A stretch of DNA of 64,000 nt, taken from Azolla caroliniana. Taxonomy: Eukaryota > Plantae > Polypodiophyta. Shown one piece after another: positions 20,315-33,539 of the stretch (positions are counted from its first letter, which is position 1; every line of letters begins with the position of its first letter). The notes below the pieces were generated by a model, which saw only the letters and a list, made by a program, of their open reading frames with translations, searched no databases and was not told the origin of the DNA. The stretch covers positions 310,001 to 374,000 of the forward strand of contig JBHGNT010000015.1 of the NCBI GenBank assembly GCA_043228905.1, given 5' to 3'. Both the position numbers and the translations under genes were made by a program.

Positions 20315-20390
20315 ATATAAGACTAGATTCAAACCGTGCACCTCTAGGTACCAATCAATGTGACTATCCACTCACCCACTAACTCTATCT
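20315..20390 (-). promoter_or_regulatory. tRNA-like Pol III A/B-box module in LTR A
   Basis: Minus strand TAGTGGGTGAGTGGATAG...GAGGTGCACGGTTTGAATC, matching the motif in LTRs B and C. Confidence 0.45.
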
Positions 20391-20629
20391 TTTACAATAT
20401 AAAATTCTATCTCTCTAAATTAATAGTCTGTCTCCCCTCTACTTTTTATCTCTCCTCTCTCTTACTTTTTGCACAAGCTCCTATACCCCCTTTCCACCCT
20501 TTCTTTTCCTTTTTATTTTGCATATGCACAATTAATCACCTTTGTGTGCACACACATTGCACATGCACATTTTGACCCCCCCTTTCGCTGGTTTTTCCCA
20601 CTCTCGAGCACGCCACATCACGACAACGG

Positions 20630-21056
20630 ATCGGTAAGCCAGTGAGCAACCGAACCGGCAAGCAACAGAGCCGATTAGCCGGATCCAATCGGTAACCGAA
20701 AGCCTAGTATTACTTTAGACTACTAGGCAGTTATAGTCTTGTAGTAAGTGTCAGATGCTCGTGTGAGCATTAAAGTACGCGATACTTTTGTCAGTCCCAC
20801 GAGGACTTGTATAAATAGTGCTACTGAGCACAGTTGTATTGACAGAGTGTTTATATCGTTTTTGAATATAGCTTTTACGTTCTGCTCTCTCTGTCTCTCC
20901 CGTGTACTCTGTGTATTCTCTGCTTTTCTCTGTTTTCTAACGCTTCCGCAAGTAATCGTTTATAGAGCATCCATCAATGTGGTCGACTATCATTGTCGGT
21001 TGCCTCTCTATTCGACCGACCATCCTGTGTTCGGCTCGTTGATTCAACTGTCAACT
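20630..21056 (+). mobile_element. Copia 3' LTR, right part (right boundary approximate)
   Basis: Resumes after the ACGG duplicate with the same GCCGG/ATCGG motifs, TATAAATA near 20810 and a CT-rich region. It ends GTCAAC(T), an imperfect match to TGTTGA. Confidence 0.65.
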
Positions 21057-24000
21057 CTTTCCATAGGAGGGACAAATTCATAACGTTCCAAAATATTCTA
21101 CTCTTTAGTATATACTAGAAATCTTTTATGGTATCTTCTTGACGGGTATATTCTAGAGATATTCAATCTCAGAACTTGTATAAATATGTGTGTTCACCTA
21201 GATTACAATCAAGGTGAACAACACTACTTACAGAGTCTTTCAATTCATCAACTCATCCATTTGATTCTCTTCTAGTCTCTTGTGCATATTGTTTATCCAT
21301 GACAATATGAACAAGAGGAGGTTGCAAATGCTTTTGCGATGAGATATGGTTTGACGGAAAATAGAGACCGATAAACCTCAAATATGGCAATTGGTAAGTA
21401 GTATTATAATTCGGTATATTTGGAAGGCTTGGTGTTTGAAGGTATTTCAAAATGTGGTTGTAAGACATGCCCAAATAATTTCTAGGATGTACAGAGATTG
21501 TGCATAATCTCATAGGTTTGTTGGATAGTATAAAAGGTCATATACCACAAGCGGAGCTCAAGCAATTGAAGTTTCATGTCATTTGGGACACATGTATATT
21601 TTATAAACGGATTTCTGATAAGGTGGAGTGGTTCTACTCTACAACAAAGTATTTATTTAAGCCAACGATTAGAATTTACGAAAAAAATGGGTTGTGGTAT
21701 ATCTTGTATGTGCCTTAACATGTTTTTTAATACTAATGTAGTATCTTCTTTTGGAAAAAAAATAAAAATCACATAAATCATAATATGCTACCATTAGTAC
21801 CTCACGAAGTCCTTGACGACTACTCTTACCCATTTTGCAACAAAATGGTAAAGTGTGATCCAATCTTGCAACTTGACGTTGGTAAGGAGATCTTTGGACT
21901 CTAACTGAGAGAAAGACTGGCAATTGGTACGATACACATAGAAGAGATAAAAATTTCAATCTTCTCAATGAGAATATAATCCAACCCTTATATGTTGATG
22001 ATATTTGTCAAGCTCTCATAATAATGATATATGCATAACATTTGAATTTATCAAAAGAATATATTAGTATTCAAGAGCAAAATTAGACACTCACTAACAT
22101 CAAACTTGTTAATAATATTATGATTGCTAAGGAGTTTCTAACCAATTGATAAATGCACACAAAGATTTATCATTAGATCAAGGATAAAAAGAGGCCATTT
22201 AAAAAATCAACTTTGATCATTATAATGAACCATCTCAACAAATTCTACTTTACACTCTCAACCTAAATAAATAAATACACACACACACACACCGAAGCAC
22301 CTAAGGAAGTTTGCTATGATTTTGATCATCTAATGCCCAGGTCATGAATGATCTTGATGAGGCGTGCATAGATGAGGAGGACATTGACAAGGCAAGCCTA
22401 ATGTTGGGGCGTGGAATCGGCAACAATTTGGTTTCAGTTTAACTTGTTTGGCCTTGTCTAAACTAAACCGGTTAAGCCTTAAACGGTATGGGAGTTTTCA
22501 AACTTGAACTGAACTAATCCCTAGACCAGCTTGTCCTAACTGGTTAAGCCTAAACCGGTTTGGGAACAGGTTTGACCCAACTTGGAACTTGATTCGGTTC
22601 ATTTTGAGCCATTCCAGACCGAACTCAAACCTGTTAAGGAAGCTCAACCCTAAACTAAACATGGTTCAAATGCACCTTTGACTATAGATTGTTGTGTACA
22701 TATAAGGCAAGGTTTTCATATAGACGAGGAACATTAGTTTAAAACGTAAGCAAAAACACAAAGACCTTGTGGACGCAACATGCATTGGAAACATCAAACA
22801 ATGATTCCAACTTGCTTGCACTCTATGCCGAGGGTACAACCTTTCCTGGAGAAATCCAATCTAATCTTATTCATCCATAGTATTCATTCAATTATGGTAG
22901 CAAACCCTCTTTTTTTAACTAATTTGAAGGCTACATTAGATGCACATTTGTTTAAACCACATGGTTAACACAATAAAATAGATGTTTTTTTAAAGGATGA
23001 ATAATCATGTTTGTGTCTACACAACCAAGTTTCAGGACAAGATTAGGGAAAGTTTCCAATGTGTTGAGAAGCACACATGATATGTAGAGAAACATTGAGT
23101 ATATGGAAACATTTCTATATTCAACTCAACTAGATGACTTAGGTAATTGAAGTGCTATTAGAGCCAAATCCATACAAATATTGAAACGATATGTTTGTTA
23201 GACATCGCAACGAATCAACTAATCTTATAAGTATTTGTTGGTATGTTCACTTCATTCAACATGAATGTTTTGCATTATGGTCGTTGGCCCATATGGCCCT
23301 TCATATGAATGATTAGGGGTCTTCAAATGCGTCATGACTTATGAGCTTTCATAAACAATAATAAGTATTTCTAATATTTCGCATAAGGTGGGAGTCCACA
23401 TAAGCAACTAGAATAAATAAATAAAATCATGTATAACAAGTTACAACACACACGTAGCAATAAACTTGAAAAGGACAAGCGCGTGCACATAACAAGACAT
23501 GTTATTATAGCAAAACAGATTGGCATCTACATCATTCTTGCCACCCATAATTGAATGAATATATGCAAGCATAGAAAATTTATACATACAAGGTAACATA
23601 TACATATATATTTATTAGTGTGCTCAAAGGTTTAAAGTGATAATGGAGCCAAAGGAAACATTTCATGTACTATATGTGGAGCTAATAATTGAAATCAGAT
23701 GCTCAATGTTTTATGAGTAAACAGAAAATGCCAATATCAAGAACTAACAATGTAGAGTAGCATCTATGTATAGAGGGGGCGTTACATCTTGTTCGTAATA
23801 ACCACACTTGATCAAGATTCTTTCCTAAATCAAGCACAATATTCATGCCCATTTTTATACCAAGAGCTTATTATTGAAAGCTTAATGCTTTACACAACTT
23901 ATGATGGCATCCCACTATATAGATTCTCGAATATATTATATATGGTACAATTTATTTAATTGAAGTTGAATGTTCATGGAAGTTTAGTGGACCGAGAAGA

Positions 24001-25221
24001 CAAAGAGACAATATTGGCATTATAAAAGCTTGACATATCATGAGGTTATTCGAAGCCACTTCTTGAAGAATCCTAAACATTGCATCCTCTTCCACATACA
24101 AGACAATCTTTTTAATTCAAGTTGATTATATGATTGGTATAATTGTTTTGATATGCATTGCAATATGTAGATACATAGACTCTTTAGTATCTAATGTCCC
24201 CTAAGCTAAATGATATCCTTCTCTCATACCACCTCTTATATATATACATACATATATTTCAACAACTTGTTAAGTGAAAAATTAATGTGTAAAATATGTA
24301 TACATAGTGAACTATGGCAAATCATTATATGTAGAGGTAATTTCTCTTCGAATTATGTAACTCTATCTAATGGTTTCAATGCATTATTAGCAAAGGAAAG
24401 TATGATATTCTTGTACACACACGTCATTGTAATTTATCATTATCTATAGTCTTGAAAAGTCAATAAGGACAATTCTATAATCAAAGCATGAATTGCCTTG
24501 TCTTTGCTTAAATAAAAACAAGACATTATTTACAAAACACGATATGATGAGTTGTCTTGGCTTTGCAAAACAAATCAATCAAAGAAAAGAGAGAGAAAGA
24601 AGCAATAATCAAAACTATAAGTATTTATAAATGTCATACGATACTATGAATGATTGATTTACCTTCATTAAAAATATGCACGTGTCTTAACTAGAACACA
24701 ATGCCAAAAGCTAGAGAAAAGGCTCAATGTAAATTTACAAAATTCTCTCTCATGTTAGGCTTTACTCGTAACTTTTGACAATATGTATGCTCCACCAAAC
24801 ATAGATGTACCTCAGAAGGAGGCAACGCTAATAAAAGGCAATATCATATTCGCGAGATGCGACGAAAGAGAACATGGATAAGGACCACATCTCCCTACGC
24901 ATTGAGCAATATGAAAGTTTTTTTTTTTTTTGAACTCTACCCTTCTACATCAAAAATTTGAAGTGTAGCGCCCACATCTTGATCCGTTCCTTCCTTTATA
25001 AAACTTCGACATCAATATGACACAAACATGTTGACATTGAAGCTTGCATGTCCACTCAAACTGCGACCACTTCGAACTTGACATGTTGTTTGGATGAATG
25101 CATGGAACTTCAAGCTTATTACGATTGAAAGCCACGAAAAAAGATTCCTTCGAATGACCCGAGAAACATGTGAAGGACTCTAGAGGTCCTTTCTAATAGT
25201 TACACATGCATGCATACATTA

Positions 25222-25252
<31 letters not shown>

Positions 25253-25576
25253 CATACAATAATGCATGCCTTCGGATTAAAGTCAAACGCGCAATGGACG
25301 CGGGCATCATATGATATATGCCTCTTATTAGTCTTAGCATTTCATGGGGTCTTCTTCTTTGTTTCATAATTAAAATTTAAAACAAAGTGTGTGTGTGTGT
25401 GTATGTGTCCTTTTCATATGTATGTATATGTAAATTTGTAATACATACAAGAGCAATAAGAAGAAGAAGAAGAAGATAAATGCAGTGAATGAATGAAGTA
25501 TGTAGTTGACTCTGCTCTCAACTCAACCGCTCAATCTCTTCTTCCCTCCTCAGTTTGAACTCCTCCCTCTCTCTCC

Positions 25577-28500
25577 ATGGCTTCTGTCTCGCCCGAATCC
25601 ACAGAGATTCGTGGTGCCCTCTACGACCTCAACCGAAGGCTTGATCAATCACTCGACGTCGAAGGTTCACAGCTCGTTTCCTCTGAAGTGCCAAAGGTAT
25701 CCCCCCCCTGATCTTTCATATTCTATTCCAGCTCGAAGATCCGATATGTTTAAGCAAGATTGGTACATTTTCTTCGCCTTTCATTAAATGTGTACATGGT
25801 CTGAATGTGTGCATAGATATACTCATTTCTTCATATTCGAAATATGAGACAGTTTGTGTCTATGTTTTAGATTTTGTTGATCGGAATGTGTGTGTGTGTG
25901 TGTGTAGAGGACGCATATTTACAAATAAGTTATAGTTAACGAAATGAAAAAACATATTGACACATAGATTGCCATAGAGAAGCGTGTAAGATGCACTCAA
26001 ATGCTAAAACGAATAAAACAAATGAAACATTCATTGGAATGTTAAAAATGTTGCTTTTGTTTGCACTTCATCTTTCCATGTCTGAATATGTGTATATTCA
26101 CAGTCTTTGACAGCTGCGGCTACGCTTAGTTTTGCATTTCAAAGCCTCGGGATTGTATATGGAGATCTCGGGACATCTCCTCTTTATGTTTACCGAAGCA
26201 TCTTTCCCCATGGCTTTTCACAAGGCAAGGAACAAGAAGAGCTTATGGGAGCTCTCTCACTCATCATCTACACTTTAATTCTTATCCCTCTCATCAAGTA
26301 CACATTCATTGTGATGAGGGCCACAGACAATGGAGAAGGTAACAGCTTCCTTTAGTCAAAATTGTATTTTTTTCAGTATATTGGTCGTTGTTAGCATTGT
26401 CTTTAAAAGGGCAATGCTATTATTTTCTCTCAAACTAAAATAGATACAGCGTCAAATCCATTACCAAAGCACTATCTTTACCACTCAACACCATGTTTTA
26501 TATATTGAATATTTGAATTGTATTAATTTGATATCGCGCGTCCACAAACGAACGTTTTATTCCAAAGTCTCTCATATCATGTATATTGGCAATGCTTTCA
26601 CATTTTGATTTTAGCTTGCTATGGCTTCTTTTATGGTATTGTTAAGAGTTGTATTCATTAAGATCATTGTTTTTTATGAAGTTGCAATGTTTCACAGGAG
26701 GAACATTTGCATTATACTCATTGATCTGTCGGCATGCCAAGACAAACACCATCCCGAATCAGCATCCTACTGATCATGCATTGACCACATATCGTTTGAT
26801 TCAATCAGATAAAAGTTCGATGGCGAGAAAAGTAAAAAAATGGCTCGAGGAATCTCGTTGTAGCCAAAGGATGCTCGTGATTTTGGTGCTTGTTGGTACC
26901 TCTATGCTCATTGGAGATGGTATATTGACGCCTGCGATTTCAGGTACAGGATCTGTTTCAACTGATAGAGTGTTTATGAAAGTTTGAGATATGTGAATAA
27001 ACAAATTCGTCAAGAGTATATATGCTAGAACCTTGACTTGAATAACAATTCACAAATATTGATTGGAGCTGATGTGTGAAAATTGGTCTGGAGTGAAGCT
27101 GATATGTGAGCATCAGGATGCACACAAGGTATGTTGTTCTAGTGTTGTCCTTACTCGACAATATGTTTGGCGAGTACTGGGATCCATTTCAACTGAAGGT
27201 TGTTATTCAATGAAGGTTCTTTGTAGAGTAAAATATCTAGTTTCTTACTCACCATCAGGTGTCAAGTGAAGCTGATGTGTATGAAATCTAATGACCAAAA
27301 CTAGGATTTCTCTTTTATTTTACCTCAACTAATATTTGACCTGTGGAGTTAGTCTACAGACCCTCAGAAGTTTTATATGAGGTTTCAGAGTAGTGGTTTT
27401 TTTTTTGAGTCTGAGATGCAGGATTCCGTCCTTAACTCATAATTTCCATTGTCTTCTTTTGTTATACTCACACAGTGCTGTCTTCAGTAGGTGGGATCAA
27501 GGTGAATCAACCAAATGTCAAGGATGGTGAGCTTGCACACCTTACTCTCTTGAGTCTCAGCTGTTGAGATTAGCTTAACACAATGGATTTTTGTTTATTT
27601 TGCAGGATTGGTGGTGGGAATAGCATGTATCATCCTATTGTTGCTATTTAGTGTCCAACGGTTTGGAACAGACAAAGTGGGCTGGTTTTTTGCCCCAACT
27701 GTCTTTGTTTGGCTTGTTTCTATCGGTGTCATTGGAATTTACAATACTATCAAACATGATTACATGGTCTTAAAGGCCTTTTCACCTGTGTATATAGTCA
27801 GATACTTTGCAAGTGATTCTCAGAGGAACTGGGTGTCACTAGGAGGTGTCCTCCTGAGTATTACAGGTATAATCATAGGGAATAACTTCAGAAGCAACAA
27901 GATTATCATCTCTTTTCATTAATCCATGCATGACAGCGAGGTTTTATTTTTTACAGGTACAGAAGCATTTTATGCTGATGTGGGACACTTTTCTGTATTG
28001 TCTGTTCAGGTTCACAATGGCATATTAACATACATATATACTGCATAGATGTATAGTCATCATCGTTATCTATGCATGTATAAGTAGGCATATATGCTGC
28101 ATGCTCACAATGTCATGTTACAAGTTGCAGCGTATGTATATTGACGGATGTGTATCTTGTGTAGATTGCTTTTGGGTGTTTTGTGTTCCCATGCTTGCTT
28201 GCAGCGTATGTGGGTCAAGCTGCATATCTCTCCCAGAATCCCCTTGATGTGCATCAAGCTTTCTACGAATCCATACCCAGTAAAGAAGAGACACCTTACT
28301 CCATGCTTTTGTATTTATTTGTTTTTATGCAGACGTGTAGATATTGAGAGGTTTCTCTTTCGTTTCAATAAGAAATTGAGTGGCAAACTCGGAACCTGAT
28401 CAACGGATTATGTTAGAAAAAGGGCTATGTTTGTGCTTTGGGGATGTGTCATAAATACATAACCTAAAGGTGATCCTATTTTTTTCCCAGAAGGAGTATA

Positions 28501-29866
28501 TTGGCCGATGTTTGTTATTGGGACTTTGGCAGCTATTATTGCAAGCCAAGCCACTATTTCTGCAACATTCTCTATTATCAAGCAGTCTGTAGCTCTTGGT
28601 TGCTTTCCTAGAGTGAAAGTTGTTCACACTTCACAAAAGCACTATGGACAGGTCTACATTCCTGAAATAAACTGGATCTTGATGGTATTGTGTATCATTA
28701 TCACTGCTGGTTTCAAGGAAACAGTCCAGATTGGGAATGCTTATGGTGAGTTTCTTGATTGTGCTTTTGTTATCTGAAAGATAATCCGAGCAATGAATTG
28801 TCTTACATTAAGGGCAATTGATTATGTAGGGATTGCTGTGGTACTGTTGATGGTTGTTACTACAATTCTGATGGGTCTGGTGATGCTAGTAGTGTGGCGT
28901 ACAAATTTTATACTTACTCTTTTGTTTACTACTGTCTACTTGGTTGTGGAGTTGGTTCTCTTGTCTGCAATGCTGTTTAAGTTTGACCAGGGTGGATGGG
29001 CACCACTGGCCATAGCTGCTCTTTTCTTGCTTGTCATGTACACATGGCACTATGGTACTCTGAAGAAGTATGAGATTGAGAAACAGAATAAGGTTCCATT
29101 GAGTTGGATTCTTGGCCTGGGTCCATCGCTAGGACTTGTTAGAGTACCTGGAATCGGACTTATATATTCAGAACTAGCACATGGAGTTCCATCAATCTTC
29201 TCCCATTTTATGACTCATTTGCCTGCAATACACTCTGTCGTAGTCTTTGTCTGCATCAAGTATCTTCCTGTCAACAGAGTTCCTCCTAGTGAGAGGTTTC
29301 TCTTTAGAGATATAGGACCCAAGGAATTTCATCTATATCGTTGCGTAGCAAGATATGGATATCAGGATTTGCACAAGAAGGATGATAAATTGGAGGAGAG
29401 CCTTTTAGATAATCTTGCCTGTTATATTAAAGATAATTCATTGTCAGAGGGCTCTACCGATTCTGAAGAAGTAGAGACCCCAAGGGTTTCAGGGGCTTCC
29501 CTCACAGAGGTGCATTTTATAAAAGGATCTTCAAATAATGACTCGATCATAGAAGAAGGATCCATGGAAATGGTATCTCCATCTCAGACCAGGAATGAAT
29601 GCCAGCGTATCAGTTTTGGTATTGAGCCTGAAGAATCAGGCAGAGAATCAGAGGGCATGATTTTCTTACATCAAGCCAGACAGTCTGGGGTTGTCCATAT
29701 CCTTGGAGATGTGATTGTGAAAGCAAAACGAGATTCTAACATGGTTCATAAATTTGTCATAGACTATGTTTATTCACTGCTTCGACGAATCTGCCGTGAG
29801 AACAGTGTGGTCTTGAATATCCCACATGAGAGTCTCTTCAATATTGGTCAAGTGTATTATCTATGA
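25577..29866 (+). CDS. KUP: KT/KUP/HAK potassium transporter (9 exons; resembles the KUP9-11 group)
   Basis: Exons approx. 25577-25696, 26104-26338, 26698-26943, 27476-27526, 27606-27866, 27957-28009, 28165-28279, 28491-28745, 28830-29866 with GT-AG borders. Motifs [64 protein letters not shown]. Confidence 0.96.
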
Positions 29867-30499
29867 GTGCATATGCATATTTTGACAACAAATTGACACT
29901 CAATTCACCCTAGCGAGGAGTTTAATCAATGTCAGCCAGTGTTGTATCATATTTTATTGCACATATGCAGATATAACTTACAAGGCTGAGCTAGATCACA
30001 TGTTTGTTGTAGAACTGTTGGGATGTATAAGAACCTCATAATTGCAACTGTGCAGCGTCGAACTTGGAAAGGTTCTTGCTGCTCCACAAGCTAGTTGTCT
30101 ACCAAAAAGGGGCAATAATAATAGAGGACTTGCAATCCTATCGAAATTAAGATCAGCACCACTCAAAGTGGATTGTACTGATATCATATATTAAAATTTT
30201 GTCGCATATACCATTTTTTGGACATAAATGTGATGTTCCATCTTTCTTTGCACTCTCCTTGACCTATCATGCATTGATAAATAATGTCTGGTTCTGATTA
30301 CTGATATACTTCAGCCAGAGGTAATCGTCAATGCTTTCCATGATCAGTCTAGTTTGATACTCATGTTTTTCTCTGTATAACCTATTGTTTTGCTCTCAAT
30401 CTGCAACCATGACAGTTGCTGTACCAAGATTGTTAATAAGGGTGCTAATAGTGCAGCATACATTCTCTGATTACCATGATGGCATACATGGAAGGAAGC

Positions 30500-31380
30500 C
30501 AATGTTTTATTGACCCTTGACAATGAAAACAAAATACCACAGTTAATGTAAGATGGGATGGACAAACTCCAGTAAAGGAATGCAAAAACTCTCAGACAGC
30601 CTACTTAATTGTTCAGCATTGCCCCCTTGTTCATGTGGGACAGTGTCTTCTTGTTGATATCAACATGTACGACAATCAGGGGTTTATTCCTGTTAAGACT
30701 ATCATGACTGAAGGTTGTAGAGAAATGCTCTTGATTTTTCAGCATTGAAAAACAAAATCCTACAGTTAATGTAAGAGAAGATGGACAAACTCTAGTAAAG
30801 GAATTCAAAAACTCTCAGCGGGCCTATTTAATTGTTCATCATGGTTCCCTTATTGATGTCGGACATTGTCTTCTTGTTGATATCAACATGTACGACAATC
30901 AGGGGTTTATTCCTGTTAAGACTATCATGACTGAAGGTTGTAGAGAAATGCTCTTGATTTTTCAGCATTGAAAAACAAAATCCTACAGTTAATGTAAGAG
31001 AAGATGGACAAACTCTAGTAAAGGAATTCAAAAACTCTCAGCGGGCCTATTTAATTGTTCATCATGGTTCCCTTATTGATGTCGGACATTGTCTTCTTAT
31101 TGATATCAACATGTACGACAATCAGGGGTTTATTCCTGTTAAGACTATCATGCCTGAAGGTTGTCGATACATTCTATTGATTGTTCAGCATTGGAAAACA
31201 AAATACTACAGTTAATGTAAGACAAGATGGGCAAACTACAGTAATGGAATGCAAAACCTCTCAGAGACCCTACTTGATTGTTCAGCATTGTCCTCTTGTT
31301 AATGCTGGAGATTGACTTCTTGCACATCAAAATGTATGACTATCAGAGTTTTCTTCCTTGTAAGTGTATCGTGACTGAAT
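30500..31380. repeat. ~223-bp tandem repeat, about 3.5-4 units
   Basis: Equivalent positions at 30605, 30828, 31051; the outer units are more diverged. Confidence 0.88.
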
Positions 31381-31703
31381 GTTTGATTGCAACAATTAAG
31401 GGAGTGGTGTATTTGTATTCTACCAAGGTATCAACCATGCATTAGATTCATGAGGGGTCTTAGGCGTACCAGTTGTTTGCATATTGGTACACAGGTATTT
31501 TCATGCATGCACCAGTATTGCTGTTTGATCAACTGATTTCTGGTATTACTGTCGCCATGTTTGATCTACTGATTTCTGGGAAATTACATATGCATCGATG
31601 GTACATTGGGTATGGAATTAACCATGGGAAAAATAAGAGTCTTTGAGCTTGAAACCTATGGATATTGCTTTGAATCAAGGTATATTTGTGAGCTTCAAGC
31701 TTT

Positions 31704-33539
31704 TTATGACATGGAGGGATCTATAATCACATTAGACAACACATTTGTCAGCCACATCTGGTCTTCTGAACACAAATTTGAAAGCAAGATGTATGAAAGG
31801 ACCTTCCCAGGAATAAATTTCACGCAGTTTTCAGCAGCTTTGAAACCTCGCTCTATATCATAGTGAAATTTACATGCACCAAGCAATGAAAGCCATGCCA
31901 TTCCAACTTTACCAGATGGCACATTCTCGATCAATTCTTCTGCATCATCCAAACACCCTGCTCTAGCAAGAAGATAGATCATACAGAGATAATGCTCTCC
32001 TGACGGTGCAATGCCGTGGTCTTTATTCATGGAAACAAAGAAATGGACACCTTCTTCAAGCAATCCAGACCGACCACAACCAGTTAGTATAGATATAAAT
32101 GTGACATCATCAGGTTGGAACCCTTGAAGCTGCATTAGTTGAAACAACCTTAATGCTTCCATGCTGTGCCCATTTTGGACGGAGGCTGTCATAATCGCTG
32201 TCCATGATATTCTATCCCGATGAAGCATTCTATCAAAAACCTTCCTAGCTTCATCCATGCCACCGCATTCTCCATAGAAACTGATGAGAGAGTTACATAC
32301 CAGAATGTCCTCATCATGTTGATGGCACACTACAGCCCTATATACATCCTGTCCCTCTTCAATAGATGCAAGATTCGCACACGCATCAAGCAAGGTCGTA
32401 TATGTAGATTTATCAGGTTTCAATCCCTCTAGATGCATCTGTTTATACAGCCGCAAAGCATCCTTGCTCCTATTGTTTTGGGAGAAGACAGCAATCATGG
32501 CATTCCAAACCACTAAACTCTTGAAAGGCATTCTGTTAAACACATAGGTGGCATGACAAAGGCTCCCGTGTTTGCCATACATCGAGAAGAGAGCTGTGTT
32601 CACTTCAACATCAAGTTCATAACTGCTATCTAGAACGGCTGCATGAACAATTTGTCCTTCCTCTAATGCACATGCCTCCAAGACACTAATGAAGGACACA
32701 TGGTCTGGAGAGAACCCACATTTCAGCATCTGCCCAAACTTGAAAAGTGCATCTTTTTTATTTCCAGCTCGAGCAAATAAGCCAATAATTGCATTCCACA
32801 TCGCTACATCGCGATTCAACAATTGTTCGAATACAATTTTGGCATCACCAAGGTTTCCACATTTGCCATACATGTTGAGCACAGCCGTGGAAACAAGCAC
32901 ATTTTGCTCAAACCCGAAGCCAACCACTTCAGCATGAATGTCTCGCCCTAGGTGTATGTTCACAGGGCGAAGAAGAATACATGCATCAAGGGCGCCAATA
33001 AACGAAATCTTGTCTTGCACAAACCCTTCCTCTTTCATCTGATAAAATAGATGCAAAGCTTGTGAGCCGAGGCCATGGTGGGCAAAAGCCGAGATCATTG
33101 CATTCCATGTGACACTATCCCGAAGAGGGGTTGAACAGAAGACATGAAAAGCATTCTGAACATGGTCATTTTGTGCATAAGCCTTGATAAGCATGTTCCA
33201 CGAGAAAACATTAGGGTGAGGGAGGCGACCGAATGCGATCCGGGCATCGTGTGGGCAGCCACAATTGGCATACATCTCGATGAGACAGTTCCCGATAAAT
33301 GTGAGGCGGTCGATGCCACGCACGCGAAGGAGGGAGTGGAGGAGCTTACCTTCAGAGAGGGACTTGGATTGACCCAACTGTCGTAGCTGAGCAGCGGCGA
33401 CTGAGATGCCGCCAGGCCTCGACAGAACTTGCTCCCAACCATGGATATCTTCCTCGCATCCTCTGGTTCTCTCAGATGGCCTCCTGAATCCTACTCTCTC
33501 TGCAAGTCTCTGTTTTCGCGATATAAGCTGCCCCACCAT
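31704..33539 (-). CDS. PLS-class pentatricopeptide repeat protein with E-type C-terminus, no DYW (611 aa, intronless)
   Basis: Repeated P/L/S motifs (N.L..MY.KCG, WNAMI, PD.VTF.S.L.AC); HY.CMI.LLARAG.L..AE; W.SLLGAC; SYILLSN. Confidence 0.93.
   Translation of the reverse strand: MVGQLISRKQRLAERVGFRRPSERTRGCEEDIHGWEQVLSRPGGISVAAAQLRQLGQSKSLSEGKLLHSLLRVRGIDRLTFIGNCLIEMYANCGCPHDARIAFGRLPHPNVFSWNMLIKAYAQNDHVQNAFHVFCSTPLRDSVTWNAMISAFAHHGLGSQALHLFYQMKEEGFVQDKISFIGALDACILLRPVNIHLGRDIHAEVVGFGFEQNVLVSTAVLNMYGKCGNLGDAKIVFEQLLNRDVAMWNAIIGLFARAGNKKDALFKFGQMLKCGFSPDHVSFISVLEACALEEGQIVHAAVLDSSYELDVEVNTALFSMYGKHGSLCHATYVFNRMPFKSLVVWNAMIAVFSQNNRSKDALRLYKQMHLEGLKPDKSTYTTLLDACANLASIEEGQDVYRAVVCHQHDEDILVCNSLISFYGECGGMDEARKVFDRMLHRDRISWTAIMTASVQNGHSMEALRLFQLMQLQGFQPDDVTFISILTGCGRSGLLEEGVHFFVSMNKDHGIAPSGEHYLCMIYLLARAGCLDDAEELIENVPSGKVGMAWLSLLGACKFHYDIERGFKAAENCVKFIPGKVLSYILLSNLCSEDQMWLTNVLSNVIIDPSMS

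Larger units (their letters stand above)
1449..20625 (-). mobile_element. Ty3/gypsy element A (degenerate, rearranged, hosts three nested insertions)
   Basis: Termini TGTCGTGA...TCACGACA flanked by ACGG (1445-1448, 20626-20629). 5' LTR is 20625->9678 including inserts. tRNA-Trp PBS at 9655-9672. gag/PR/RT/RH remnants lie on the minus strand. Confidence 0.9.

Noticed and set aside
21250-22000. Possible LINE C-terminal remnant (HVIWDTCIFYKRI resembles zf-RVT)
   Set aside because: Too decayed to support without a profile search.
22420-22680. AACCG/AAACC-rich patch resembling hAT or MITE subterminal repeats
   Set aside because: No convincing terminal inverted repeats or TSD found.
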